64,000 nt of DNA from a bacterium (GCA_030431455.1 JAUIJE010000002.1:1294-65293), one strand, 5' to 3'; positions 34,740 to 46,815 are shown, counted from the first letter of the stretch. Numbers and translations are program-made. Notes: generated by a model from the letters alone, not told the origin.

Positions 34740-37079
34740 CTACCCCCAACCGGCCATGCGGGCGAACAAGGGTTTGATGCGCCGCTCGTAGGCGAAGCCG
34801 GCCACGAGCACGGCCACCCCGAAGCCGATGAGCAACACGCTGGTCGGCACCCGGTCGTGGAGCTTGCCAAAGTATTGCAGCACCAGGTTGATCGGCAGGC
34901 CGATGGCCGCGATGAGCCCGCTCGCCGAACGCTCCCAGACCAAACCCGCGACCAACAGACCCGTGCCCCCGAGCAGGACCAGCGACGGGTGCCCGTAGTC
35001 GTCGAGGGCGGTGAGCGACAGCCACGTCAATAGCCCCATGCCGCTCAACGCCCCCACGACCTCGAGCACCCGGGCGCTCACCGGGCGGTCCGCCCGCAGC
35101 GAGCGGGCGATGCCCACCGCGCAAAGTCCCGCCGACACCGCGAGCACAAGCGCCACCGGTTCCCAGCGGGCGAGCAACGGGTGCCCGCTGGCCTTGCCCA
35201 ACGCGAGCAGTCCGGGGGCGGTGAGCGCGCTGAACAACCCGGCGCCGAGCAAGGGCAGCTCGCGCACGTCCTCGTCGTCCCCCGCCCGCAGCGCCAGCGC
35301 GATGAGCGCGGCGCCCACGCCCACAGGCACGAGTTGGTACAGGAACGCGTCGTGGGCGATGAGCGCCTCCACCGTGGGCAAGGCCGCGGCGAGCAGCGCC
35401 AGCCCCCACCACAATGGGGCATAGCCAGCGCGGCGCACCGGGCCCCAGAGCAGCCCCATCGCGGCGGGGACGCCCCACAATGCATAGGGATAGACGGACC
35501 ATGCGCTCCCCGGCCCCGCGTCCACGAACAGCCCCACCGACCACGCCCCGGACACGAACGCCAAAAACCCGGCGCCCGCGAGCATGGGCCCCGCCACCTC
35601 CCGGGCGCGCATCGCGTGCGCCACGATGGCGAGGGCCACGAAGAGCCCCGCCCCCGCCGCGGTCAACCACAACACCCCGGTGGCAGATCCGGTCGAGCGC
35701 CACAGCCCAAACAGCACCAGCCACGCCAAGCCGTTGAGGGCGGCAAACACGCCAAGCTCGAGCCGCCGGGTGAACACCCCCAGCCCATAGGTCAAGCCCG
35801 CGATGAGCGCGGCCCCGCCGACCACCGCGCCCTCGGAGGCGTGCCCGGCATCGCTCCAGTACCCGAGACAGATCCAGAGCCATTGGGTCGCGCCCACCGT
35901 GGCCAACCGACCGAGCGCGGCCTGGCCCCGCCGGCCGAGCCAGGCCCCCGCGCCCCCCGCGGCCGCGCCGAGGGCGAGCAACAGCCCGAGCCGAAGCTCG
36001 TGGTCCAGCGCGAACCACAACATGTTGAGGGTGATGAGGGCGTCCACCGCCACCGCGAGCTTCAGCTCGAGGTGGCCACGGCGCAGGGCGACCAGGGCGG
36101 TGACGGCGGTGACGGTGGTGGCGGCGAACACCCAAGGCCACGCGCCGCTGACGTGGTGGGCGGTGAGGCCATACAATGCCACTGCCCAGCACAGCTGGGT
36201 GGAGAGCCACACCAAGGTCCGGGCGGTGCGGGTCCAAGAGGTTTGGGCCAGCCGCCAACCGGCCAGGCCCACCCCGGCGGTGAGGCCGCCGAGCAGGGCC
36301 AAGCGGCCGAGGTCCGGGAACAGTTCCCAGGCTTTGACCGCCAGCCACAAAGCCCCGACCAGGACCGAGGCGCCGCCGACGAAGAGCACCGCGGCGAGCA
36401 GGGACGAGACCTCCCGCTGCCGGGCGCCGCTGGGCCGGTACGCGGGGGTGGCGAAGACCGGGGCCGCCTTGACCTGGTCGGTGGCGTCGACCCCGAACCG
36501 CGGAGGCGGGAGGGCGGGCTCCTCGGGGTCGGGCGGGGTCGAAGGGGACGCCACGGGGTATGGGGCATAGCGGGTGAAGGCGGCGGCGAACGCCTCCGCG
36601 GAGGGACGGCGGTGGGGCTTGTGGTCGAGGGCTGCGCGCACCGCCGCCCGGCCCGCGTCGTCGAGCGCGGGGGCGAGTTCGGCCACGGGGTATTGGCCCA
36701 CCGGGGGCCGGCCGGTCTCGGCCTGCACGATCATCGCGGCCAGTCCGTACACATCGGCGGCGCGGTCCGCGGGGCGGTCCCAGGCCTCGGGCGCGATCAG
36801 GCCCCAGGCCGCGCGGGGGGGGCCGGGCGCGCGGGCCCGGTGAGGGTCTGCGTCCGGGGTGGCCGGGACCTCGAGCCACACGTCCTCGTGGTCGACGTGC
36901 ACGCTGGACCAGGACAGGCCCCCGTGGGCCCGGCGTTCGTGCAGCCGGACCAAGGCTTGGCTCACCCGGGCATACAGGGCATAGCGGCCGGGACCGACCG
37001 GCGGGGCAGCGGCGGGGGATGGGGCATCGGTCGCGGGGCGCAGGCCCGCGGCGTTGGGGGTGGGTTGAATCACATCCAT
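34740..37079 (-). CDS. polytopic membrane protein with N-terminal degenerate protein-kinase C-lobe (pseudokinase-like)
   Basis: The N-terminal region contains GLIAPEAWD (APE), DVYGLAAMIVQAETGRPP (DxWSxG-like) and a subdomain-XI Arg. It lacks a Gly-loop, VAIK, HRD and DFG motifs. More than 14 hydrophobic helices follow. The start is uncertain; the ORF extends to 37223. Confidence 0.55.
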   Translation of the reverse strand: MDVIQPTPNAAGLRPATDAPSPAAAPPVGPGRYALYARVSQALVRLHERRAHGGLSWSSVHVDHEDVWLEVPATPDADPHRARAPGPPRAAWGLIAPEAWDRPADRAADVYGLAAMIVQAETGRPPVGQYPVAELAPALDDAGRAAVRAALDHKPHRRPSAEAFAAAFTRYAPYPVASPSTPPDPEEPALPPPRFGVDATDQVKAAPVFATPAYRPSGARQREVSSLLAAVLFVGGASVLVGALWLAVKAWELFPDLGRLALLGGLTAGVGLAGWRLAQTSWTRTARTLVWLSTQLCWAVALYGLTAHHVSGAWPWVFAATTVTAVTALVALRRGHLELKLAVAVDALITLNMLWFALDHELRLGLLLALGAAAGGAGAWLGRRGQAALGRLATVGATQWLWICLGYWSDAGHASEGAVVGGAALIAGLTYGLGVFTRRLELGVFAALNGLAWLVLFGLWRSTGSATGVLWLTAAGAGLFVALAIVAHAMRAREVAGPMLAGAGFLAFVSGAWSVGLFVDAGPGSAWSVYPYALWGVPAAMGLLWGPVRRAGYAPLWWGLALLAAALPTVEALIAHDAFLYQLVPVGVGAALIALALRAGDDEDVRELPLLGAGLFSALTAPGLLALGKASGHPLLARWEPVALVLAVSAGLCAVGIARSLRADRPVSARVLEVVGALSGMGLLTWLSLTALDDYGHPSLVLLGGTGLLVAGLVWERSASGLIAAIGLPINLVLQYFGKLHDRVPTSVLLIGFGVAVLVAGFAYERRIKPLFARMAGWG

Positions 37080-37288
37080 GCGAGGGCCGTCGCAAGCGGC
37101 GCGCCAACCAAGCGGCGGCGGTCCACCGCGTGCTGACGCGGCGCGGTCTCGCAAAACTGTGAAAAGCGGCGCGCGGCCACCCCCCGATGCCGGGTAACCG
37201 GTGACGCAGGTGCGCGCGGTCACGGAAGGGAGGGCGCAGATCGGAAATGCCCGGCGACCGCGGGCGGTTCTGGGCGCTGGCGGCCGCG

Positions 37289-39118
<1,830 letters not shown>

Positions 39119-39213
39119 GCCCCATCTTGTCCCAGCGACGGAATGCCCCGCAACTGTGGCCCCTCCCGGACGCGGGCGTTTGCCTTTGGTCCCAGACCGG
39201 CTAACCGACGGCC

Positions 39214-40053
39214 ATGGAAAAGCTGCAACACATCATCGACAAAGCCTTCGACAACCGCGACCAAGTGTCCGCCTCGACCACCGGCGAAATCCGGGACGCG
39301 GTGGTGCACGCCCTCGACCTGCTCGACCGCGGTCAGGCCCGGGTCGCCACCTTCGACGACGGGGACTGGACCGTGCACCAGTGGCTGAAAAAGGCCGTGC
39401 TGTTGTCGTTTCGGTTGTTCGACATGGAGCCCATCAGCGGCGGCCCCGGGGGCTCGTCGTGGTGGGACAAGGTGCCGTCGAAGTTTGCCGGCTGGGACGC
39501 GGCCCGCTTTCGCGACGCGGGCTTTCGGTCTGTGCCCGGCGCGATCGTGCGGCGCTCGGCCTACGTCGCCCCCGGCGTGATCTTGATGCCCAGCTTCGTC
39601 AACCTCGGGGCCTACATCGACGAGGGCACGATGGTGGACACCTGGGCCACCGTCGGGTCGTGCGCGCAGATCGGCAAGAACGTGCACATCTCTGGCGGCG
39701 CCGGGATCGGCGGCGTGCTCGAGCCACTGCAGGCGGGACCGGTCATCGTCGAGGACGGTTGCTTCATCGGGGCCCGGGCCGAGGTCGCCGAGGGCGTGCG
39801 GGTCGAGCGGGGCTCGGTCCTGGCCATGGGCGTGTACCTGTCGGGGTCGACCAAGATCATCGACCGCGCCACCGGCGAAGTGTTCGTGGGCCGGGTGCCG
39901 GCGTACTCGGTGGTGGTGCCCGGCAGCCTGCCGGGCAAAGCCTTGCCCGACGGCAGCCCCGGGCCGAGCCTCTACTGCGCGGTCATCGTCAAGCGCGTCG
40001 ACGAAAAGACCCGGTCCAAGACCAGCGTCAACGAGCTTTTGCGCGGAGGCTGA
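39214..40053 (+). CDS. dapD: 2,3,4,5-tetrahydropyridine-2,6-dicarboxylate N-succinyltransferase
   Basis: Left-handed beta-helix hexapeptide repeats are present. Canonical DapD sequence is present (KAVLLSFRL...[63 protein letters not shown]). Confidence 0.9.
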   Translation: MEKLQHIIDKAFDNRDQVSASTTGEIRDAVVHALDLLDRGQARVATFDDGDWTVHQWLKKAVLLSFRLFDMEPISGGPGGSSWWDKVPSKFAGWDAARFRDAGFRSVPGAIVRRSAYVAPGVILMPSFVNLGAYIDEGTMVDTWATVGSCAQIGKNVHISGGAGIGGVLEPLQAGPVIVEDGCFIGARAEVAEGVRVERGSVLAMGVYLSGSTKIIDRATGEVFVGRVPAYSVVVPGSLPGKALPDGSPGPSLYCAVIVKRVDEKTRSKTSVNELLRGG

Positions 40054-40054
40054 G

Positions 40055-41200
40055 GTGGACGTCGTCGAGCGCACCCGGGCGTTGATTCGCGAGCCCAGCG
40101 TGAGCCCTGACCCGGGCGGGGCCATGTCACTGTGTGCCTCGTGGCTGGGCGACCTCGGCTTCGACGTGTCGGAGATGTCGTTTGCCTCGGCGGAGTTTCC
40201 CGAGGTCAAGAACCTCTACGCACGGCTCGGCACCGAGGGCCCCAACTTCTGCTTTGCCGGGCACACCGACGTGGTCCCCGAGGGCGACCTCGCCCAGTGG
40301 GTGCACCCCCCGTACGACGGGGTGGTCGACGCTGGCAATGTCTATGGACGGGGCGCGGCGGACATGAAGGGTGCGATCGCCGCGTTCTTCGCCGCCACCG
40401 AGCGCTACCTGGCGTCGCCGGGCGGCGGGCACGGTTCGATCTCGTTGTTGCTCACCGGCGACGAGGAAGGGCCCGCGGTCAACGGCACCGACAAGGTGCT
40501 GACCTGGCTCGAAGAGCGGGGCGAGACCCTCGACATGTGTTTGGTGGGGGAGCCCACCAGCGTGCAACGGTTGGGCGACACCGCCAAGATCGGCCGGCGG
40601 GGCTCGATGCAAGGCTTTGTGCACGCCCGCGGCATCCAAGGCCACGCCGCGTATCCCGAGCGGGCGCACAACCCGGTGCCGGATTTGATCAACGTGCTGC
40701 ACGCCTTCGAGCACATGGTGCTCGACACCGGCAACGCGCACTTTCAGCCCAGCAACCTCGAGGTGCTCGACCTGTCGGTGGGCAACGATCGGGACAATGT
40801 CATTCCCGGCGAAGCCCGCGGCCGGTTCAACGTGCGGTTCAACTCGGACCACACCTCGGCTGAGCTCATCGAACGGTTCGAGCAGCGCGCCCGGGCCATC
40901 GCCGACAACGTGACATTGTCGTGGCGGGTCTCGGGGGAGTCGTTCCTCACCCCCGAAGGGGCGTTGTCGGCGGCGATCTGTGACGCGGTGGAGGAGGTCA
41001 CCGGGGCGGTCCCCGAGCTGTCCACCACCGGGGGCACGTCGGACGCGCGCTTCATTCACCGGATGTGTCCGGTGGTGGAGTTTGGCTTGGTGGGCCAGAG
41101 CATGCACAAGATCAACGAGCACGTGGCGGTGGCCGACCTGCACCATCTCGTGGACATCTACGAGCGCATCCTCCGCCGGGCCCTGCGCCCTCAGAGGTAG
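40055..41200 (+). CDS. dapE: succinyl-diaminopimelate desuccinylase (M20 family)
   Basis: Canonical DapE sequence is present (FAGHTDVVPEGDLAQWVHPPY...GRGAADMKGAIAAF...LTGDEEGPAVNGT). The GTG start lies 1 nt after the dapD stop. Confidence 0.9.
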   Translation: MDVVERTRALIREPSVSPDPGGAMSLCASWLGDLGFDVSEMSFASAEFPEVKNLYARLGTEGPNFCFAGHTDVVPEGDLAQWVHPPYDGVVDAGNVYGRGAADMKGAIAAFFAATERYLASPGGGHGSISLLLTGDEEGPAVNGTDKVLTWLEERGETLDMCLVGEPTSVQRLGDTAKIGRRGSMQGFVHARGIQGHAAYPERAHNPVPDLINVLHAFEHMVLDTGNAHFQPSNLEVLDLSVGNDRDNVIPGEARGRFNVRFNSDHTSAELIERFEQRARAIADNVTLSWRVSGESFLTPEGALSAAICDAVEEVTGAVPELSTTGGTSDARFIHRMCPVVEFGLVGQSMHKINEHVAVADLHHLVDIYERILRRALRPQR

Positions 41201-41775
41201 CGGATCACCACCTGGGCAGCCTCGGGGCTGTAGGTGACCCCGTCGATGTACGCGTTCTCGCGCCCCCCGACCTGGATGCCGGACAGGGCCGCGGTGGCGA
41301 ACGCGTGCAGGCTCAACCGAGAATACAGAAATGGGGGATAGCCAAAGTCGAACACCGCCTCGTCGTCGTCGGCCTTGACGCAGGTGAACCGCGAGCCCCG
41401 GTGAAAGCGCCCCCAGGCCACCCCCGCGTTCTTCGCGATGCGTTGGGGGCTGAGCAACTTGAACAGCATGCGGTACAGCGGCGACCGCAACAGCTCGGTG
41501 TTCTTCTGCAGGGTCATGGCGAGGTAGTCTTTGTCCTCAGTGTAGAAGACCTGGCGGAGGGCGAGATAGAAGACCTGCCCGTGCACCTCCGGCATCCACA
41601 CCGAGTCGGGGGGCAGGTTGAACAACGTCGCGTGCAACGACGCGGGGACCGCGGTGGCGAGGCGGTCGCGGTCGAAGCCGGCCAGGAAGATGCGCGCCAC
41701 CGACGCCTTACATTCCGCGCGGGGGTACGAGTCGAGCCCCCGGGGAAGACTGTCGATGTAGGCCTCGACGTTCAT
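41191..41775 (-). CDS. hypothetical protein, member of a tandemly duplicated family (possibly the DUF2378 / Myxococcus paralogous family)
   Basis: The start ATG at 41775 gives MNVEAYIDSLPRGLDSYPRAECKAS.... The product is 194 aa. It is clearly homologous to the disrupted copy immediately upstream. Confidence 0.55.
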   Translation of the reverse strand: MNVEAYIDSLPRGLDSYPRAECKASVARIFLAGFDRDRLATAVPASLHATLFNLPPDSVWMPEVHGQVFYLALRQVFYTEDKDYLAMTLQKNTELLRSPLYRMLFKLLSPQRIAKNAGVAWGRFHRGSRFTCVKADDDEAVFDFGYPPFLYSRLSLHAFATAALSGIQVGGRENAYIDGVTYSPEAAQVVIRYL

Positions 41776-41893
41776 CGGCTCCAGTGTACCCCAAAGTCCG
41801 TGCCGGCGACGACCACGTCGGGCGACGGTCCCGAAATACAACACGTCCGCCCGCCCCGCGGCCGCAGACCACAACCCGGCAACCGGCTCGGGG

Positions 41894-42479
41894 TCACGAA
41901 ATCCGGATCTCCACTTGGGCTCGCTCCGCGCCGTAGGCCACCTCGCCGAGGGCGGCGGACTCGTGGCCGCCGACCCGGAGACCGGCCACGGTGGCGGTGG
42001 CAAACGCCCGCACAATCACCGGCGAAAACAAGAACGCGGGGTAGGCAAACGTGAAGAGCGCCTCGGTCGACGTCGCGCGTTCACATGTCAGCGTTGAGCC
42101 CTGGTGAAACCGGGCCCAGGCCATCTGTGACAAGCGGACGATTCGTTGGGGCGTCACCACCCGGAACAACGTGCGGTACAATGGTGAACCGAGCAGCTGT
42201 CGGTTGACCCGCATGCTCATCTCCAAGAAGGTCTCGTCCGACCGGTAACATTTGCTGCCGCTGGGCCAAGAACAGCACCTGCGCATGCGTCTCGGGCATC
42301 CACACCGAATGGGGCGGCAACTTGTGCAGCAACGGGCGAAGCGCGGCCGGGACCGCCTCCCCGACGAGGTCGCGGTCCACCCCTTCGAACAAGACGTGCA
42401 GAATCGACGCCTTGCACCGGGCCTCGGGATACGAATCCAGCCCGTGGGGGAGTTGCGCCAGAAACGCGGCCACGTCCAT
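41894..42479 (-). pseudogene. frameshifted tandem paralog of the 41191..41775 gene
   Basis: ORF 42081..42479 (MDVAAFLAQLPHGLDSYPEARCKAS...VWMPETHAQVLFLAQRQ) matches the N-terminal half of the paralog. ORF 41894..42286 (...ETFLEMSMRVNRQLLGSPLYRTLFRVVTPQRI...FAYPAFLFSP...) matches the C-terminal half in a different frame. The frame switch lies near 42235-42290. Confidence 0.55.
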
Positions 42480-42506
42480 CGACGAGAGCTTAGCGCATGC
42501 CCCGCG

Positions 42507-43334
42507 TCAGGCGTTCCACCACCGCGTGAGGGTCGCGAGGCTGTCCATGCTCAGCGCCACCGACACGTGAATGGCCACCCCCAACCACAACGACCTCGTC
42601 ACGAAAGCGATACCGCCGAGTACCAATCCCGCCGCCAGCGCGCCGAACACCTCGGGCCACGGCTTGCCGAAATGGATCATCGCGTAGGGCACCAGTGGCA
42701 ACAGCACCGCGTACAGGCCCATCCGGCGCTCAAAGGGAAACACCAGAAAGCCCCGGAACAAAAACTCCACCCCGATGAACTGCGGCAGGTACACCAGCTC
42801 CCACAACAAAAACCGTGGCAAGCTGTCGCGCGCCCCCCGGTAGATGGGATAGGTCTGCGCAAAGCCCGGCAGCTGGGACGCCACCAGCAACGGCCCCGCG
42901 ATGAGGGCGAACAGCACAATGTAGATGCGCCAGTGTTTGACCGCGCCCTGGGTCGACCAGCCCAGGTCCCGGGCGGTGCGCCCGAGGACAAACCGGGCGT
43001 ACACAAACGGGACCAGGGCATACGCGAGGAGCACGTTGAGGCTCCAGTAGGCGTAGCGGAAAAAGCCCCCCAGCCCTTTTTGAAAAAAGATGCCGCGGTG
43101 GAGCTCGGCCCCGTCGTCGACAAAAAGCGCGAACAAGGGGATCAACACCCGGGTCTTGCTCGACGAGCCGAAGGTATCCACCCACACGATCACCGCGAGG
43201 GCGACGACCAACGCGCCGAACAATTTCAGGTCCCCCGCGTCGAGGCCCACCGGGCCGCGCACCTTCTGGTCTTGGGCGACCAGGGCCTCGGCCGACCGCT
43301 GACCCAGAGCGGTCAACCGCGCGCGCAGGCTCAC
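42507..43334 (-). CDS. CPBP family intramembrane glutamic endopeptidase (CAAX protease / Abi)
   Basis: The product is a multi-TM protein of 275 aa. Motif 1 is EFLFRGFL (CPBP EExxxR). A later His motif (YAMIHFG) is present. Confidence 0.75.
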   Translation of the reverse strand: MSLRARLTALGQRSAEALVAQDQKVRGPVGLDAGDLKLFGALVVALAVIVWVDTFGSSSKTRVLIPLFALFVDDGAELHRGIFFQKGLGGFFRYAYWSLNVLLAYALVPFVYARFVLGRTARDLGWSTQGAVKHWRIYIVLFALIAGPLLVASQLPGFAQTYPIYRGARDSLPRFLLWELVYLPQFIGVEFLFRGFLVFPFERRMGLYAVLLPLVPYAMIHFGKPWPEVFGALAAGLVLGGIAFVTRSLWLGVAIHVSVALSMDSLATLTRWWNA

Positions 43335-44296
43335 GGCGTCGACGAAGAAGCGGCGGTGCCGGGGTCGGCGTCGACCTTGCCTTTGATCAACCCTTTGAGG
43401 CCCGCGCTGCCCACCGCGGGGGGCGGCTTTGCCTGGGCCGGGACCGCGGCCTTGCCATCGGCGGCCGGGGCGGGCTTGGCCCCGTCGGGGGCGGCGCCGT
43501 CATCGGGGGCGTCTTCGCCCGCGGCCTCGTCGCCGTCGGTCGCGCTGTCCTCGGCGGGGCGCAACAACTTGGTCAAGGCCGCGTCGGGGTACGTGCTGAT
43601 GCCGAGCTCGCGGAGCTGTTTGGCCTTGGCCAGGTTGTCTTCTTTGCCCCGGCCTTCTTGGTACCGCACCTGGGTGAGGATCTTCGCCACCGCGATCTCG
43701 CCCGGGTCCTGCGACAGCGCGTCGCTGCGCAGCCACACCGATTGGGTCCCGATGTGGTTGGCCTCGGAAAACTCCCCCTTGGCTTTGGTCACGTACAACA
43801 ATGTACCTGCTTCGACCGTCTTGCTCGCGTTCATGGTGAGGATGTCGGGGCGGGTGAAGGTCTTGGCCTCCTCGAGCACGGTGGCGAGGGTGGCTTCGTC
43901 TTGGGTGAGCAACCCCGCCCGCTGGGCGTAGCCGGTCTTGTCCCCGGTGGTCTTGACCTCACACCAGTCGCCGTCCTCGGCGACGATGACGATCTCTTCG
44001 CCGCGGTACACGGTGGCCACCCAGTTGGACATCTTCTTGCCCGGGTTGGCGGGGTCGTCGACCTTGGACTCGGTGCTCTTGGTCTTGCGCACCACGGTGG
44101 TGGCGGCGACATAGGCGGGCACCGGGTCGCTGGCGGCCGCGGCGGGGTCTGGGGCCGCGGGCGTGGCCGGGTCGGTGAGGGCCGCTTCGCCGTCGGGCAT
44201 CGGCTCGTTGCCGTCGAGGGTGGCGTCGGAGCTGGTCTCTTCGCAGGCCGCGACCAAAGACAACAACACAGCGAGCAGCACAAGGCGGGTGGTCAT
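43331..44296 (-). CDS. lipoprotein with SH3b-like domain and Ala/Pro/Asp-rich low-complexity regions
   Basis: The start ATG at 44296 gives MTTRLVLLAVLLSLVAAC, which carries a lipobox. An SH3b-like segment (NWVATVYRGEEIVIVAEDGDWCEVKTTGDKTGYAQRAGL) is present. The gene overlaps the CPBP gene by 4 nt. Confidence 0.65.
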   Translation of the reverse strand: MTTRLVLLAVLLSLVAACEETSSDATLDGNEPMPDGEAALTDPATPAAPDPAAAASDPVPAYVAATTVVRKTKSTESKVDDPANPGKKMSNWVATVYRGEEIVIVAEDGDWCEVKTTGDKTGYAQRAGLLTQDEATLATVLEEAKTFTRPDILTMNASKTVEAGTLLYVTKAKGEFSEANHIGTQSVWLRSDALSQDPGEIAVAKILTQVRYQEGRGKEDNLAKAKQLRELGISTYPDAALTKLLRPAEDSATDGDEAAGEDAPDDGAAPDGAKPAPAADGKAAVPAQAKPPPAVGSAGLKGLIKGKVDADPGTAASSSTP

Positions 44297-44363
44297 GCAC
44301 ACCTCCAGTCGCACTCTGTTAGCGCCGGACCGAGGGCCGCACAACCGCCGCGCGGCCTCGCGG

Positions 44364-44546
44364 TCAAAACAGCGTGTACACAAACGGCGCGACGTAGCTG
44401 AGCCCGCCGGTGAGCATCAAGAGCACCCCGGCGGCGAGCAGAACCAGGAGCATGGGGACAAAAAACAGGCGGTTCTGGCGGACAAAAAAGCCCACCAGGT
44501 CACCCACGGTGCGCAGCCGGGCCACGAGGCGCCGCCACAGACTCAC
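44364..44546 (-). CDS. DUF5989 (SxtK-like) small membrane protein
   Basis: The 60-aa product has one TM helix and a conserved C-terminal APFVYTLF. The family is characteristically encoded next to carbamoyltransferase genes. It overlaps the carbamoyltransferase gene by 4 nt. Confidence 0.7.
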   Translation of the reverse strand: MSLWRRLVARLRTVGDLVGFFVRQNRLFFVPMLLVLLAAGVLLMLTGGLSYVAPFVYTLF

Positions 44547-46246
44547 CGCCGCCCCCGCTCGATCCAGAGGTCGTCGACGACCAGGGCCGCGACCCGGTGT
44601 CGCATCAAGAACAGCAGCGCGTCCTCGACCGCGTCGCAGATGGGCTCGCCCGCCGCGTTGAGCGAGGTGTTGAGCAGCACCGGCTCCGCGGTGCGCGCGA
44701 GCAGGCCGGTCAGCCAGGGGTCGGAGGCGGCCTCCACCAGCTGGGCGCGGGCGGTGCCGTCGACGTGCAAGGCCGCCGGGCAGTCGCGCCGGGCCTTGGC
44801 GGTGGCGGGGTTGGTCACGGTCATGAACCGCTGCAGCTTGTCACACCGACCGCCAAAGTACCCGTCGAACGCGTCCCGGGTCGTGACCGGGGCGAGGGGG
44901 CGAAACGGCTCCCGCCGCTTGACCTGGGCGTTGATGCGGTCTTGCACCGCGGCCGGTCGTGGCCGGGCCAACAGCGAACGATGCCCGAGGGCGCGCGGGC
45001 CCCATTCCGATCGCCCGCGGCACACCGCGAGCAAGCCCCCGTCGTCGAGCACGCGCGCGGCTTGGCCCAATAGGTCGGACGGGCGCGCCACCGCAAAGCC
45101 GAGCGAGGCGGCCACCGCCTGGGCCCGGGCGGCGTCGGCCGGGGCCCCGAGCGCGGCGTCGGCCAGCGGCCGCTGCACGTCGTCGCCGAGGTCCTGGGCC
45201 CCGAGCAAGGCCGCGCCCATCGCGCCCCCCGCGTCCCCCGCGGCCGGGGCCACGAACACCTCGTGGAAGGGGCCCTCGTCGAGCACCCGCCGCACCGCCC
45301 GGACATTGAGCGCGACCCCGCCGGCCAAACACAATGTGTCAGCATCGCCGCACAGGCGGTGCGCGGTGCGGGCGAGGCGGAGCAAGGCCGTCTCCAGCAC
45401 CGCCTGGGCGGTGGCGGCCACGTCCGCGTAGTGGGCGTCCGCGGGGTCAAAGAGCCGCCAAGGCCGGCCGAAGGGGCGCGCGGGGCCGAGCCGCTGCTCG
45501 AGCCTCGGGCCAAACGCGCGGGTGGGGTGCACCATGTGCAAAAACGTGTCCCGGTCGAGGGTGACGCTGCCGTCGTCGTGTACGGTGATGAACGCCGCAA
45601 ACTCCTCCTCGAGCCGGGGCTGGCCAAACGCGGCCAGGCCCATCACCTTGTACTCGCCTTCGTTGACGGCGAACCCGAGGTAGGCGGTGATCGCGGCGTA
45701 AAAGAGCCCGAGGCTGTCGGGAAACGGCTGCGTATACCGGGGCACGAGCGCGCCGCCGGTGCCGTGCCAGATGCTGGTGGTCTCGTTTTCGCCCACGCCG
45801 TCGACGACCAGGACCGCGGCGGGCTCGGCCCCGCTCACCAGGTACGCGCTCGCGGCGTGGCTTTGGTGATGGGGCACGGCCATCACCTGGTCCCGGGACA
45901 GGCCGAGGTGTTCGCGCAGGTGGTCGAGGACAAAGACCCGCCCCCCGAGCTGCCGGGCCATGCCCGCGACGAACCCCGAGAGCCCGTGGGGGAACGTGGT
46001 CAAGGTCGAGCGCATCACCCGCTCGAGTTTGGCGAATGGCTGTTCATAAAAGACCGCGCGGTCGATCGCCCCCGGGTCCACATCTGCGATGCGCAAACAT
46101 TGGGCAATGGCCGCGGCGGGGAAGGACGCGTCGTTCTTGACCCGGCTGATCCGCTCCTGTTGGACCGCGGCCACGACCGCGCCGTCGCGCACCAGGCACG
46201 CGGCCGCGTCGTGGTAGTGCGCACTCACCCCGAGCACGGTGGCCAT
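44543..46246 (-). CDS. carbamoyltransferase (NodU/CmcH/HypF-related family)
   Basis: The start ATG at 46246 gives MATVLGVSAHYHDAAACLVRDGAVVAAVQQERISRVKND, the family-typical N-terminus. A C-terminal YrdC-like carbamoyl-adenylate domain is present. The product is 567 aa. Confidence 0.9.
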   Translation of the reverse strand: MATVLGVSAHYHDAAACLVRDGAVVAAVQQERISRVKNDASFPAAAIAQCLRIADVDPGAIDRAVFYEQPFAKLERVMRSTLTTFPHGLSGFVAGMARQLGGRVFVLDHLREHLGLSRDQVMAVPHHQSHAASAYLVSGAEPAAVLVVDGVGENETTSIWHGTGGALVPRYTQPFPDSLGLFYAAITAYLGFAVNEGEYKVMGLAAFGQPRLEEEFAAFITVHDDGSVTLDRDTFLHMVHPTRAFGPRLEQRLGPARPFGRPWRLFDPADAHYADVAATAQAVLETALLRLARTAHRLCGDADTLCLAGGVALNVRAVRRVLDEGPFHEVFVAPAAGDAGGAMGAALLGAQDLGDDVQRPLADAALGAPADAARAQAVAASLGFAVARPSDLLGQAARVLDDGGLLAVCRGRSEWGPRALGHRSLLARPRPAAVQDRINAQVKRREPFRPLAPVTTRDAFDGYFGGRCDKLQRFMTVTNPATAKARRDCPAALHVDGTARAQLVEAASDPWLTGLLARTAEPVLLNTSLNAAGEPICDAVEDALLFLMRHRVAALVVDDLWIERGRR

Positions 46247-46248
46247 GC

Positions 46249-46815
46249 TCAGCCCCGGGGCCGCAGCAAGGTGAACAGCGGCGCGCACAACACGTACAAA
46301 AGCCCCCCGGTCACGAGGTACAAACCCGACGACAGGGCGCGGCCCGCGCGCAGCCATTGCCGCCACAGTTGGCGCCGGGCCATGCGCGCGACCAAGCCGC
46401 CGCGCCGCGGCTCGAGCTCATCGAGCAGCGCCCCGGTGTAGGCCGCGTGCTGGTGCTCGTCCCGGAGCACCCCGCGGATCACCGCCCGCGGCCGGCCCGG
46501 GAGCGGGGCCCGGCCCGCGAGGTGGGCGAGGTGGGCGTCGAACTGCGCGCGGCCGCGTTGCTCGCCCATGTGCACAAACGCCAAGAACGAGGCCTCGCCC
46601 AATGTGTCATACAAGTGCTCGGTGTCGACGTGGACCGGCCCGCTTCGGGCGGCATCGAGCTTGTGCGCCAGCCGGGCAAAGAGCTGGGCGTGGCGCCACT
46701 CGTCGGCGGCGTGGCGGAGGTACTGGGCCGCCCGCGCCGGGGACGGGGTGTGGCGCGCGGCCTGCTGCATGTCGATCACGCTCGCGCGTTCGGCGTGGGC
46801 AAAGCCGTGCACCAT
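46249..46815 (-). CDS. ferritin-like (di-iron carboxylate-type) domain protein with C-terminal TM helix
   Basis: Two ExxH motifs (ADEWRHAQLF and RDEHQHAAY) are spaced as in ferritin-like four-helix bundles. A hydrophobic C-terminus is present. The start is uncertain. Confidence 0.45.
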   Translation of the reverse strand: MVHGFAHAERASVIDMQQAARHTPSPARAAQYLRHAADEWRHAQLFARLAHKLDAARSGPVHVDTEHLYDTLGEASFLAFVHMGEQRGRAQFDAHLAHLAGRAPLPGRPRAVIRGVLRDEHQHAAYTGALLDELEPRRGGLVARMARRQLWRQWLRAGRALSSGLYLVTGGLLYVLCAPLFTLLRPRG

